DNA from: Verrucomicrobiota bacterium | GTDB lineage: Bacteria; Verrucomicrobiota; Verrucomicrobiia; Limisphaerales; Palsa-1400 | Assembly (NCBI GenBank): GCA_049522055.1 | Contig: JBEKOF010000001.1 | Span: 1-46,685, forward strand | Length of the DNA: 46,685 bases | Reading direction: 5' to 3' | In this document: positions 34,496 through 42,481 of the stretch, piece after piece | How the letters are laid out: each line of letters starts with the position of its first letter | Numbering within the stretch: position 1 is the stretch's first letter | The notes under the pieces: generated by a model | Told to the model about the DNA's origin: nothing | Databases searched by the model: none | Seen by the model: only the letters and a program-made list of their open reading frames with translations | Position numbers and translations under genes: made by a program

Positions 34496-36160
34496 TTAGG
34501 GCTGATAAACCGGCTCGACGGAGGGTTTGGGTTTGGTCCAATCGTAGGGCACACCGGAATCCCAAGCCGGGTCCTTGCCCGTCGGGATGTCTTCGGCTTT
34601 GGTGTTCAAGAAGCGAGAATCACTGGGTTTGAAGTCCGAGTCCTGGATGATGGTGGGGGTGACAAAAATGAGGATTGTCTCCGCGCTATGCTCTTTGGAA
34701 TTGCTGCTGAAGAGGCCGCCGAGTCCCGGGAGGTCGCCCAGGAGAGGAACCTTGGTGTAAGTTTTGTTCATCAAATCGGTCTCCAGGCCGCCCAGCACGA
34801 GGGTCATGCCGCTGGGGACGGAGGCCACGGTATTGATGCTGCTGCGGTCGAAGATGGGGGCGGTGCTGACTTGGCCGTTTAAGGTATCCGTGGCCACCGC
34901 GGCGTCCACCTGAGAAATTTGCGGTTCGAGGGTAATGAGGACGTTGGAAGGACCCGCGATGCGGGGAACCACATTGAGAATGACGCCGACCCGGGTGAGC
35001 GGGCTGGTGTCGCCCGTGATTATTTTGTTATAATTAGGCGTGACGGTGGCGAGGGCCTGGGTGCCCGGCGCTCCGGTGCTTTGTGTCTGTTCAAAGAACG
35101 GCACGTCTTTGATGACCATCAATTGATTTTTCACCCCGTCCAGGGAAACGGTGCGCGGGAAGGAGATGGATTTGGTGTCGGCGTCGGTGTTTAAGAAAGA
35201 GAGGACGGCTTGGACTCCGCTGGCACTAAGGAAGGCGGTGGTGGGATTGATCCCGTTGGCCGTGTTGAGCGAAAAGCCTCCCGGAGCGGTTGGGGTTCCG
35301 GCAATGGAGGTGAGGAAGGTGTTAGTGCTGCTGATGGCCGTGGTCAACGGGCTGCCGGAGAGAGGGCGTCCGCCGGGGGCTTGGGGAGAGGTGCCGGCGC
35401 CGGAGGTGACGGTAGATGAATTGTAAGTCGCGCTGGCCAGGCCATTTCCAAAACTGACATTCTGGGCCGCCAAAGTTCCGCTCCAATTGACACCTTTTGC
35501 TGAATTGATGTCTTTGGTTGTTTCCACGATTTTGGCCTCGATCAACACCTGGCGCGTGGCGCTGTCCAACTGGGCGATGAGTTTCTGGGCGGCGGGGAGC
35601 TCTTTTTCGGTGGTCCGAAGGACGATTTGGTGGGTGCGGTTGTCTGGCAGCATGAGACTGCGAGGGGAAAGAGTGTTGCTGACTTCAAGGATGATGTTGG
35701 TGGGTTCGCTGTAGTTCAACTGGATGACGGCGGTGATCAGGGGTTCGAGCGCTTTGGGATCTTTGGCGGTGATGCGGATGATAGGGGTGCTGGGGTCGCG
35801 TTCCATCTGCCAACCCCAGTTGTCGAGCAAGGCCTTCAAGGCCTGGGCAGCGGTGACATTTTTCCATTTTTCCGTGACCTTTGGAGGGGGAACGGGACGA
35901 CCGTCCGGGCCGACGACGTTGAGCAGCCGGGGATCGAATTGGATGTTAAGGTTGGCCAGAAGGGCCAGCTGCCGGATGGCATTGGGGAGTTCGAGGTCGT
36001 CAAAAGCCACATCGGCCGGTTCATCGCCTGTGTAAGTGTTGGTGTTGGGGGCGGTCAAATCGGCGGGGGGGGCGACGGCCGGCTCGTTGGTTTGCGCCTG
36101 GCTCAGCACGACCGGGGCGGCCAGCAGGATGGTGATAAGGAATAACAGTGTGGTTTTCAT
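34496..36160 (-). CDS. pilQ: secretin (PilQ/GspD family outer-membrane channel)
   Basis: Signal peptide MKTTLLFLITILLAAPVVLSQA, an STN-like N domain (LPNAIRQLALLANLNIQFD..AAQALKALL), N-domain RQVLIEAKIVE, and the secretin core VVPRIAGPSNVLITLEPQISQV..SVPSGMTLVLGGL..KVPLLGDLPGLGGLFS..ILIFVTPTII. Confidence 0.9.
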   Translation of the reverse strand: MKTTLLFLITILLAAPVVLSQAQTNEPAVAPPADLTAPNTNTYTGDEPADVAFDDLELPNAIRQLALLANLNIQFDPRLLNVVGPDGRPVPPPKVTEKWKNVTAAQALKALLDNWGWQMERDPSTPIIRITAKDPKALEPLITAVIQLNYSEPTNIILEVSNTLSPRSLMLPDNRTHQIVLRTTEKELPAAQKLIAQLDSATRQVLIEAKIVETTKDINSAKGVNWSGTLAAQNVSFGNGLASATYNSSTVTSGAGTSPQAPGGRPLSGSPLTTAISSTNTFLTSIAGTPTAPGGFSLNTANGINPTTAFLSASGVQAVLSFLNTDADTKSISFPRTVSLDGVKNQLMVIKDVPFFEQTQSTGAPGTQALATVTPNYNKIITGDTSPLTRVGVILNVVPRIAGPSNVLITLEPQISQVDAAVATDTLNGQVSTAPIFDRSSINTVASVPSGMTLVLGGLETDLMNKTYTKVPLLGDLPGLGGLFSSNSKEHSAETILIFVTPTIIQDSDFKPSDSRFLNTKAEDIPTGKDPAWDSGVPYDWTKPKPSVEPVYQP

Positions 36161-36164
36161 AAAG

Positions 36165-36689
36165 CTATTGCTTTTTCTTTTCCAAGTTTAAGCGCGTTGT
36201 TCCGGTTTTACCCTCAATGGTGAGGATCACGTAGTCGGCGCCGATTTCGACGATATGCACAGTGACTTTGCCTTGGGCGGTCTTGACTTCCGACCTGTCG
36301 CCCGCTTCCAGAATATCGTTGTTGATGACGGCCATGCGTCTGGCCGGCGGGCCAGCGATGCCGGAGACCTTGAGATCAGGCTCCGCCGAAGCCGAAGGAG
36401 GGGTTTTTCCCCCCTCTGGCTGCATGGCAGATGCCTCGCGGGTCGAGTCGGGGTAAAACGGATCCCTGGTTTTGACGCGGGGCAACCTGTCGTCAAACAC
36501 GGAGACGAATTCGAGGGAAAGATTGGTGTCGGCGGTGGTTGGAGCGTTGGTTTTGGCGGCGGCCAGGGCGGGCTTGGCAGTAGCCGCGGGGGCAACGGGT
36601 TTGTGGCAAGCGGGGAGGAGCATCAAGGCCAACAGCAGCCCCACCGCCGCAAGCGGGGCGTTTCTGGCAGAGGGTCGGGAAAGTTTCAT
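36165..36689 (-). CDS. pilP: PilP-like lipoprotein
   Basis: Start at ATG 36689. Lipobox LALMLLPAC, a disordered Ala/Pro linker, and the C-terminal beta domain LKVSGIAGPPARRMAVINNDILEAGDRSEVKTAQGKVTVHIVEIGADYVILTIEGK. Sits between pilO and the secretin. Confidence 0.55.
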   Translation of the reverse strand: MKLSRPSARNAPLAAVGLLLALMLLPACHKPVAPAATAKPALAAAKTNAPTTADTNLSLEFVSVFDDRLPRVKTRDPFYPDSTREASAMQPEGGKTPPSASAEPDLKVSGIAGPPARRMAVINNDILEAGDRSEVKTAQGKVTVHIVEIGADYVILTIEGKTGTTRLNLEKKKQ

Positions 36690-37273
36690 TTTGCCTCCTG
36701 GCCGGTTGGCACCAAGGGGGTGACGATGTCGAAGCTGTAGAAGAGCTTCTCCGGATCCTCCCCCAGGCCGGCGGAGGAGATTTCGATGTTCTGGATGCGA
36801 TAGTAAGGGAAAGCGTTCTCGAAGTCGGCAAAGAATTTTCCGAATTCGCGGTAAAAGCCGACGCCCTTGATGTGGAAGGTGGCCCATTTGTACGGAAAGT
36901 GAGAGAGGAGGCCCTTATCGCTGATCTCCACTTTGCTGATGGAGCGAATGTTCACGCCTTTGCGGGGCAGGATGAATTGACCGATTTTGCCGATCATCCA
37001 GGCGTAGGGGTCATGCTCCGGGGCAAGATCGGCTTCCCGTTTCTGAAGGGTTTCCAGGCGGTTGGTAAGTTCCTGGCCGGTTTGAAGGGCGCCGCGCACC
37101 AGGATGTCGGCGTGCCGGAGAGTGTCGGTCATATTTTCGCTCTTCTTTTGGATGGCGTCCAGTTGTCTCTGTTGGGCCATGACGACAAAGTACCACAAGG
37201 CGGCCATGACCGCCACCGCCCCCACGGCAACGCCAGTCAATTGATCCCGCTGAGTTTTGGTGATTTTAATCAT
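36686..37273 (-). CDS. pilO: PilO-like pilus/secretin assembly protein
   Basis: Start at ATG 37273 (MIKITKTQRDQLTGVAVGAVAVMAALWYFVV). One TM segment, a coiled coil, then a ferredoxin-like part ..ATFHIKGVGFYREFGKFFADFENAFPYYRIQNIEI. ATGA overlaps on both sides. Confidence 0.6.
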   Translation of the reverse strand: MIKITKTQRDQLTGVAVGAVAVMAALWYFVVMAQQRQLDAIQKKSENMTDTLRHADILVRGALQTGQELTNRLETLQKREADLAPEHDPYAWMIGKIGQFILPRKGVNIRSISKVEISDKGLLSHFPYKWATFHIKGVGFYREFGKFFADFENAFPYYRIQNIEISSAGLGEDPEKLFYSFDIVTPLVPTGQEAK

Positions 37274-37950
37274 TGGTCGGTGCGGGTGGTGTCGGGGAAA
37301 TGGGTGGCGAGGGTGAATTTTTTGAACTGCTTGGTGGGATCCTGCGGATCGAGAGTCAAGGGGCCCAAAGTATCTTCCAGAACAAAGCCGTCGTTGCGTC
37401 CCAGGTGTTGGACGAAGAAGGGGAAATTGCAAAGGGCGTCCTTGTATTTGCTGTAGCCTGCGTTGGCGGGGTCGAAGTCGCGTCCTTCAATGGTGAGCTT
37501 GATTTTTTCGATCACGCCGCCAGGAAGCATGACCTTGGAGGAGCCGGCGCCGATGAAGGTGGGATCCTGGGTGGCGTAGGTCTGCTCCCCAATGATTTGA
37601 GTGACCGCGACATGGTCCACCACGGTGAGTTGGAGAGCGTTCAGGACACTGCCCCAGAGGAAGCGGTTGGTGGACAACCGGTCCAGGGCGGCCAGTTTTA
37701 GGTTCACCTCGGCGATGCGGGCCTGGAAATTGGTGACTTGTTCGAACTGGGGTTTTTTGTGATTCCACTGGTCGGTGCGATTGGCCAAGGTGGAATTGGC
37801 GAAGTAAATGTCCATTTGCTTTTTGACAATCCACAGCCCGACGACGATGACGAAAAACGCGGCGATCCAGATGCCGAGCTTGACCGGATCGCGCCGCCGC
37901 GCTTCTTCGGCGGCCTGCGCCTCAGCCATGAGGTTAATTCGGATCGGCAT
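37270..37950 (-). CDS. pilN: PilN-like assembly protein
   Basis: MPIRINLMAEAQ.. (the conserved N-terminal I-N-L motif that binds PilM in characterised systems), one TM segment LGIWIAAFFVIVVGLWIV, a coiled coil, and a C-terminal alpha/beta domain. Confidence 0.65.
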   Translation of the reverse strand: MPIRINLMAEAQAAEEARRRDPVKLGIWIAAFFVIVVGLWIVKKQMDIYFANSTLANRTDQWNHKKPQFEQVTNFQARIAEVNLKLAALDRLSTNRFLWGSVLNALQLTVVDHVAVTQIIGEQTYATQDPTFIGAGSSKVMLPGGVIEKIKLTIEGRDFDPANAGYSKYKDALCNFPFFVQHLGRNDGFVLEDTLGPLTLDPQDPTKQFKKFTLATHFPDTTRTDQ

Positions 37951-38201
37951 AATAATTTACGCGTTGGCGGCGGTGCTCGCCATTGGGCTGGTCCTAAATG
38001 GGCTGGACGAACTTAACTGTGCGCCAAAAATGTCCATTAAAACATCCAATACTGGTTGTGTGCAACCTGACACGTCCTGTTATAATCCAACCACCCGGCG
38101 AAAAGCAAGGAGCAACTGACAATGGCCATCGCTCCGATGATGGACCCTCCCTCAAGCCAATTCCGCGGAGTGCGCGCAAAGCACGCCGGCGCCGGTTCCA
38201 T

Positions 38202-38861
38202 TCAATTCTTGCTGGCGCCGTCCGCCGCCGGAGCCAGCGGCGCCGCCTCTTCGCCCGGCTCTTCCGCCGGCTCCGCTTCTTCCTGGGCTGGAGCCGGCTC
38301 GGCGGCCTCGACCAGTTTCATCGCCCCGATAAAGAGGGCGCTAAAAATTCCCCCGCTCAAGAGGGTGCCGCGGAAAAACGTCCAAGTGGGCGGATAGCCC
38401 GGCAGGCCGGTGGTCAGGGCCTGGATCCAGCCGGCGAAGGTCTTCGCGTAGAAGGGACTGGTAATCCAGGATCCGGTGTTGGTGATCAGATAAAACAAAA
38501 TCGCGCCGAAGATGCCGACGCAGAGCAACGTTCCCCACGGGCGTTTGCCGCCCAGGAGAACCCCCAACCCGATGATCAGAGCGTAGGCCGCGTAATTGGG
38601 GGCCTGGTCCCTGGCGAATTGAAGCAAGGAATAACCGTGCGGATGATAATAAAGAAAGGTGAGGAGCAAATCCGTCGCCGCCATGACGCCCAGCGGAACC
38701 GTCCAAGCCAGCCGCCGCGGGAGGTAAAGGCCGGCGCAAAAAGCCAAAGCATAAGCCGCGCTGAAATTAAGCGGCCTGTCGGCATGCGGGATGAGGCCGG
38801 GCCACCGGCTTAACGCGAACACCAAAATCAGGACCACGGGCCAGAGGATTCTATTTTTCAC
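38202..38861 (-). CDS. polytopic membrane protein with acidic Ala/Pro/Glu tail (DUF6580-like by memory)
   Basis: 219 aa with about 5-6 TM segments, NFSAAYALAFCAGLY and a C-terminal AAEPAPAQEEAEPAEEPGEEAAP tail. No catalytic motif recognised. Confidence 0.6.
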   Translation of the reverse strand: MKNRILWPVVLILVFALSRWPGLIPHADRPLNFSAAYALAFCAGLYLPRRLAWTVPLGVMAATDLLLTFLYYHPHGYSLLQFARDQAPNYAAYALIIGLGVLLGGKRPWGTLLCVGIFGAILFYLITNTGSWITSPFYAKTFAGWIQALTTGLPGYPPTWTFFRGTLLSGGIFSALFIGAMKLVEAAEPAPAQEEAEPAEEPGEEAAPLAPAADGASKN

Positions 38862-38904
38862 AACGTCATTCTATATGGAGGAGTGAATTGTGAATAGTGA
38901 ATTC

Positions 38905-39414
38905 TCAACTCCCCAGGCTCGACTCAGGCTTCTCGATTTCCAGCAGCTTGCGTTTCCAGGGCAGGCCGCCGGAGAAGCCGCCCAGAGCGCCACCCGAGGC
39001 GAGGACGCGATGGCAGGGGATGAAGAGGGGAACCGGGTTGGCGCCGCAGGCGCTTCCCACGGCGCGCGCCGCTTTCGGGGCGCCAATGGCGGCGGCCACC
39101 TGGCCGTAGGATTGGGTCTGGCGTGTCTGAATCCGGCGCAAGGCAGCCCAGACTCTGGCTTGAAAAAGTGTCGCGCCAGCCAGGTCCAACGGCGGGATTG
39201 GGCCAGCCGTCCGGCCCTGCAACACGCGCCCCAGCGCGCGGGAGGCCAGCTTGTGCCAGCGAAGGATGGCTGGGGAAGCTCCCGGAGTTTCGACTTTTTT
39301 CCCGCGGCCGGGAAAGTCCAATCGGGCCAGTCCGGCGGCGGAATAATGGGCGGTGAAAAGTCCGCGCGGAGTTGTGATGGCCAGGGTGGCGATGATGGTT
39401 TGGGTGGTTCTCAT
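38905..39414 (-). CDS. ogt: methylated-DNA--protein-cysteine methyltransferase
   Basis: ATLFQARVWAALRRIQTRQTQSYGQVAAAIGAPKAARAVGSACGANPVPLFIPCHRVLASGGALGGFSGGL contains the PCHRV active site. Confidence 0.9.
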   Translation of the reverse strand: MRTTQTIIATLAITTPRGLFTAHYSAAGLARLDFPGRGKKVETPGASPAILRWHKLASRALGRVLQGRTAGPIPPLDLAGATLFQARVWAALRRIQTRQTQSYGQVAAAIGAPKAARAVGSACGANPVPLFIPCHRVLASGGALGGFSGGLPWKRKLLEIEKPESSLGS

Positions 39415-39426
39415 TGTTTTTTGAGG

Positions 39427-39921
39427 TCAATGACGGTGGGCCAGCCAGTAAAAAATCAAAAGGCACAGCCCGACCATAAATGCCAAGAGAAGAAAGAAGC
39501 GGTTGCGGGCGATGCGCTTTTCGTAGCGCAAGGGCCGCAACCCCTGGATGCTGCCGGCGGCCAGATAGTTGATGAGTTTGGGATTGGCCAGGGGGCGGCC
39601 GCCCACCTGTTTTCTCAGACGCTCCCACAGGGCCCAAAGATCGAATTTGCGCACGCCCAGGTCGTTGAAATGCTCAGGGGTGGCAGGAGGCTCGGAGTAG
39701 CCGGTCAACCGATGCTGGCGAACATTCTCGAAGACCGGCTCGCCCGCCGAAGGCGCGGCGGCGGCGCCGGAAGGGTAAACGGTGGAACGCAAACGAGGCC
39801 CCTGGCCGGACTGGACTTGCTGGTTGAGCTTTTTGATCCGGGCTTGGAGCGCGGAGATTTCGGCGTTTAACGCACGGGCGCGGTCAGTGATGGGATTGAC
39901 ATTTTTTTTGAAGAGTCCCAT
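39427..39921 (-). CDS. hypothetical tail-anchored coiled-coil protein (164 aa)
   Basis: N-terminal heptad-like RARALNAEISALQARIKKLNQQV and a single C-terminal TM segment FFLLLAFMVGLCLLIFYWL. No homology recognised. Confidence 0.55.
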   Translation of the reverse strand: MGLFKKNVNPITDRARALNAEISALQARIKKLNQQVQSGQGPRLRSTVYPSGAAAAPSAGEPVFENVRQHRLTGYSEPPATPEHFNDLGVRKFDLWALWERLRKQVGGRPLANPKLINYLAAGSIQGLRPLRYEKRIARNRFFLLLAFMVGLCLLIFYWLAHRH

Positions 39922-39932
39922 TGGCGGTCAGG

Positions 39933-40619
39933 CTATCGGCGCAGCAATAATACGATGAAAATCGCCAGTCCCACCAGCCAGATAGGCCAGGTGACGGCCA
40001 GGCCGATCTTGCAAAGCTGCGCCAGGCTGGCGGTGGCCAGGGAGGGAGGACGGGCTTTGGGCGCGGCGGTTTCCGTCTCGGCGGCGGGAATTCCGGCGAG
40101 GAAAGGAAATTTCAATCGGGCGGAGTTCCATTCCATCCGGGCGTTTTCCAGGGTGGTCAGGGCGCGGGTCAACTCGACGGAGTAATTGTCCTGGGTCCAA
40201 AGTTGTTCATTGATGCCCTGGACTTTGGAAACCGCGTCGCGGAACTCGCCCAGGGCGCGGGCCATTTCGTCGGCGTCGCGGCGGGCGGTCAGCTCGGCCT
40301 CCTCGAGCAGGCCGATGCCGCGGGTCAAATGCTGGAGCATTTCGGCGCGGCTGGTTTGGTACTCCATTTGGCGGCGGCGCAATTCCTCCAGGCCGGCGCG
40401 CTCGCGTTCGAGGTCCTCCTGGGCGCGCTTGAGTTCAGCGAGCTTGATTTGTTTCTGGCTCACCAGGGACTCGATTTCCTCGCGGGTGGGCGGGCGGTTG
40501 GGAGGCGGAGGCGAGCCGGCGGGCAGCGCCGGTAAGGGCGCGGCGCAGGCGGTTTGCCGGGCGGACTGAAAATCGCTATCAACAAAATCTGAGGCGTCGT
40601 GATGCGCTGGCATGACCAC
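39933..40619 (-). CDS. hypothetical tail-anchored coiled-coil protein (~226 aa)
   Basis: Pro-rich N-terminus, a long coiled coil (EEIESLVSQKQIKLAELKRAQEDLERERAGLEELRRRQMEYQ..), and a C-terminal TM segment IGLAVTWPIWLVGLAIFIVLLL. GTG start at 40619 or ATG at 40613. Confidence 0.55.
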   Translation of the reverse strand: MVMPAHHDASDFVDSDFQSARQTACAAPLPALPAGSPPPPNRPPTREEIESLVSQKQIKLAELKRAQEDLERERAGLEELRRRQMEYQTSRAEMLQHLTRGIGLLEEAELTARRDADEMARALGEFRDAVSKVQGINEQLWTQDNYSVELTRALTTLENARMEWNSARLKFPFLAGIPAAETETAAPKARPPSLATASLAQLCKIGLAVTWPIWLVGLAIFIVLLLRR

Positions 40620-40670
40620 GAGTATAAGGCGGGGAATGAAAAAGGCAAATGTGAAAATTGAATTGGGGGA

Positions 40671-40961
40671 TTAACGGAGGCGGTCCCGCCAGTAACCAGG
40701 CCGCCGTTTCATGTGCATGACCGCCACAACAAGCACTCGGCCCGGTTGATCCATATAGAGCATCGCATAGGGAAACACGCTGTCGAAGTGGCGGCGGATG
40801 GGCGGATCAAACAAGGGAAACTGTTGCGGCTCACGCCAGATGTCCAGGAGGAGGCGTTCGATTTGGTCGTAAAACCTTCTGCCCAATTCCGGGTCGAGAC
40901 GCGCGTAATATCTGGCCGCCTCGGCATATTCCTCGTTTGCGGCAGGATGAAAGGAGTGTGG
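40671..40961 (-). pseudogene. ParE/RelE-family toxin reading frame lacking a canonical start (first start-like codon is TTG at 40886)
   Basis: The frame is open from 40961 and reads PHSFHPAANEEYAEAARYYARLDPELGRRFYDQIERLLLDIWREPQQFPLFDPPIRRHFDSVFPYAMLYMDQPGRVLVVAVMHMKRRPGYWRDR, the typical RelE/ParE pattern. It lies in frame directly behind the antitoxin TAG (40962-40964). Confidence 0.6.
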
Positions 40962-41192
40962 CTACCGGCCCACGATCCGGCCAATGCGAGCGGAGACCTC
41001 TCCGCCATCCACGGCTTGCGTTTTGCCGTTTTCGATTTCTGCCAACCGGCGCCGGGTTTCCTGTTTCCAGGCTTCTTCAATGCCTGGGTCGCAGACGCGC
41101 AGATCTTCGGTCAGGCGTCCAACAAGTTCCCCGACCTTTTCCGGAGGCCATTGGCGGGTTTCTTCAACGATTTGTTGCAGCGTCATAGGCAT
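40962..41192 (-). CDS. addiction-module antitoxin (Unstab_antitox-like)
   Basis: MPMTLQQIVEETRQWPPEKVGELVGRLTEDL..DPGIEEAWKQETRRRLAEIENGKTQAVDGGEV fits the pattern EAW..E..RR..E...G typical of this small antitoxin family. Paired with the downstream toxin frame. Confidence 0.7.
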   Translation of the reverse strand: MPMTLQQIVEETRQWPPEKVGELVGRLTEDLRVCDPGIEEAWKQETRRRLAEIENGKTQAVDGGEVSARIGRIVGR

Positions 41193-41249
41193 GGCGCGCT
41201 TAATCTATAACCTTCCGGATTTGGATTCAACCCGCATTATTTTGGCGCT

Positions 41250-42137
41250 TCATTTCTTCGGCGCAGGAAGTTTGCCGACCCATTTGGGTGTCAGCCGGTA
41301 GAACTTGCCGTCCAGGGAAAACGCGATGGACTCGCCCGGGTGGCTGATGGATTTGATTTCCGTGAAATCTGGCGCAGGCCCGGCGTCCGGGGTTTCCTTC
41401 CCGATATAAATCTGGTACGGGAAAGTGGCTGCGGTGGCGTGGAGGTCCTGGGTTTTGAGAATACAAACCGTACCCCCGCCGAGGTCAAGGCGGCTTGGAG
41501 CGGAGGCGGAGACCTCCACCTCGCCCAGGTCGGTGAGCTTGGGCATGTTGTCGTCGAGCCATTTTTTAAGGGCGTCGAATCGGGCCTTGTCCCATTCCAG
41601 GCGTTTGGCGAAGTCGTTGGTGGAGGTGAGGGGAATGAATTTGTCGTCGGCGCGAAAGTAGATCAGGGCGGTTTCAAGCCGCCGGCCATCATTGGCGTAA
41701 TAGAACTCGACGTAGCCGAGGTCCCCGACGGCATGGAGGTCGGTGTGGTTTTTATTCCGGGCCGGGTCGGAGGAATGCAGTCCGGAGACCCACGCGGTTC
41801 CAGGAACAAAAATGGGCAGAACCAGGTCGGCGGGGTGTCTGGCCAGGGTTGGGCCGGAGCTTCTGCGCCGGGCATCCAGACCATATCCCCACCAGTTTGT
41901 GGCGGTGGCGATTTCTGGACCGAAAATCTTCGCAGTGTCGTCAGATTTGAGTGGAAGAAGGCGGGTCTGGATGACCTCCGAATACGCGGCCTGAAGGGGC
42001 TGCGACTCGGGGCGATCGCACACGCTCAGGCGCGCCTGGCGGTCGTCCTGCGGGGCGTCGAGATTGAAGGTCATTTGGGCGAGGCCCGCGGCGCACCGGC
42101 CGCCAAGCAGAATGGCAATGGCAATGATTCGTTTCAT
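41250..42137 (-). CDS. secreted hypothetical protein (295 aa)
   Basis: Start taken at ATG 42137 (MKRIIAIAILLGGRCAAGLAQ, a signal peptide). The upstream part of ORF 41250..42296 is encoded by REP-like repeats (FLRF). No domain recognised. Confidence 0.6.
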   Translation of the reverse strand: MKRIIAIAILLGGRCAAGLAQMTFNLDAPQDDRQARLSVCDRPESQPLQAAYSEVIQTRLLPLKSDDTAKIFGPEIATATNWWGYGLDARRRSSGPTLARHPADLVLPIFVPGTAWVSGLHSSDPARNKNHTDLHAVGDLGYVEFYYANDGRRLETALIYFRADDKFIPLTSTNDFAKRLEWDKARFDALKKWLDDNMPKLTDLGEVEVSASAPSRLDLGGGTVCILKTQDLHATAATFPYQIYIGKETPDAGPAPDFTEIKSISHPGESIAFSLDGKFYRLTPKWVGKLPAPKK

Positions 42138-42250
42138 ATTCCTGGCAATGTTCGTTCTGGCTCGTGTGTTCTCGGTGTTGCGAAGATTTTTACCACGGGT
42201 TGGGCGGATTACACAGATGAAAGCTGGCGGATGCGAAAAAGTTACATATC

Positions 42251-42324
42251 GGTGAAATCGGAGAAATCCGTGAAAACGGAGAAATCGGAGGATCAATCCT
42301 TTTGGTTGCGGCTTGCCGCGCTGC
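42251..42324. repeat. composite REP-like block (AATCGGAGAAAT-type repeats plus the 26-nt CTTTTGGTTGCGGCTTGCCGCGCTGC element)
   Basis: 42272-42291 is identical to 7805-7824. 42299-42324 is the exact reverse complement of 46152-46177. Confidence 0.9.
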
Positions 42325-42481
42325 GGTTTGGCGCGCTGGAGTTGAGCCTGTGTTGATATGGGAGCCAGCCGATTGACCCGGGAAACTTCCGCGAGGAGAG
42401 TTTGCAGTCTGTTCAGGAGACTGGGCGTCCTTTTTCATTGCCGCGTGGCTCCAGTGAGTTTAAACAGCATCCAACGATTTG

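Noticed and set aside
37998-38813. 271-aa + ORF upstream of pilN as a candidate for the missing pilM
   Set aside because: It is on the wrong strand for the operon, has an Arg/Gly/Pro-rich low-complexity translation with no actin-like ATPase motifs, and mostly overlaps the real minus-strand membrane protein gene 38202..38861.
40709-41080. 123-aa ORF spanning the toxin-antitoxin junction in a different frame
   Set aside because: Its translation has no family resemblance, and it overlaps two frames that each show clear antitoxin and ParE/RelE patterns.
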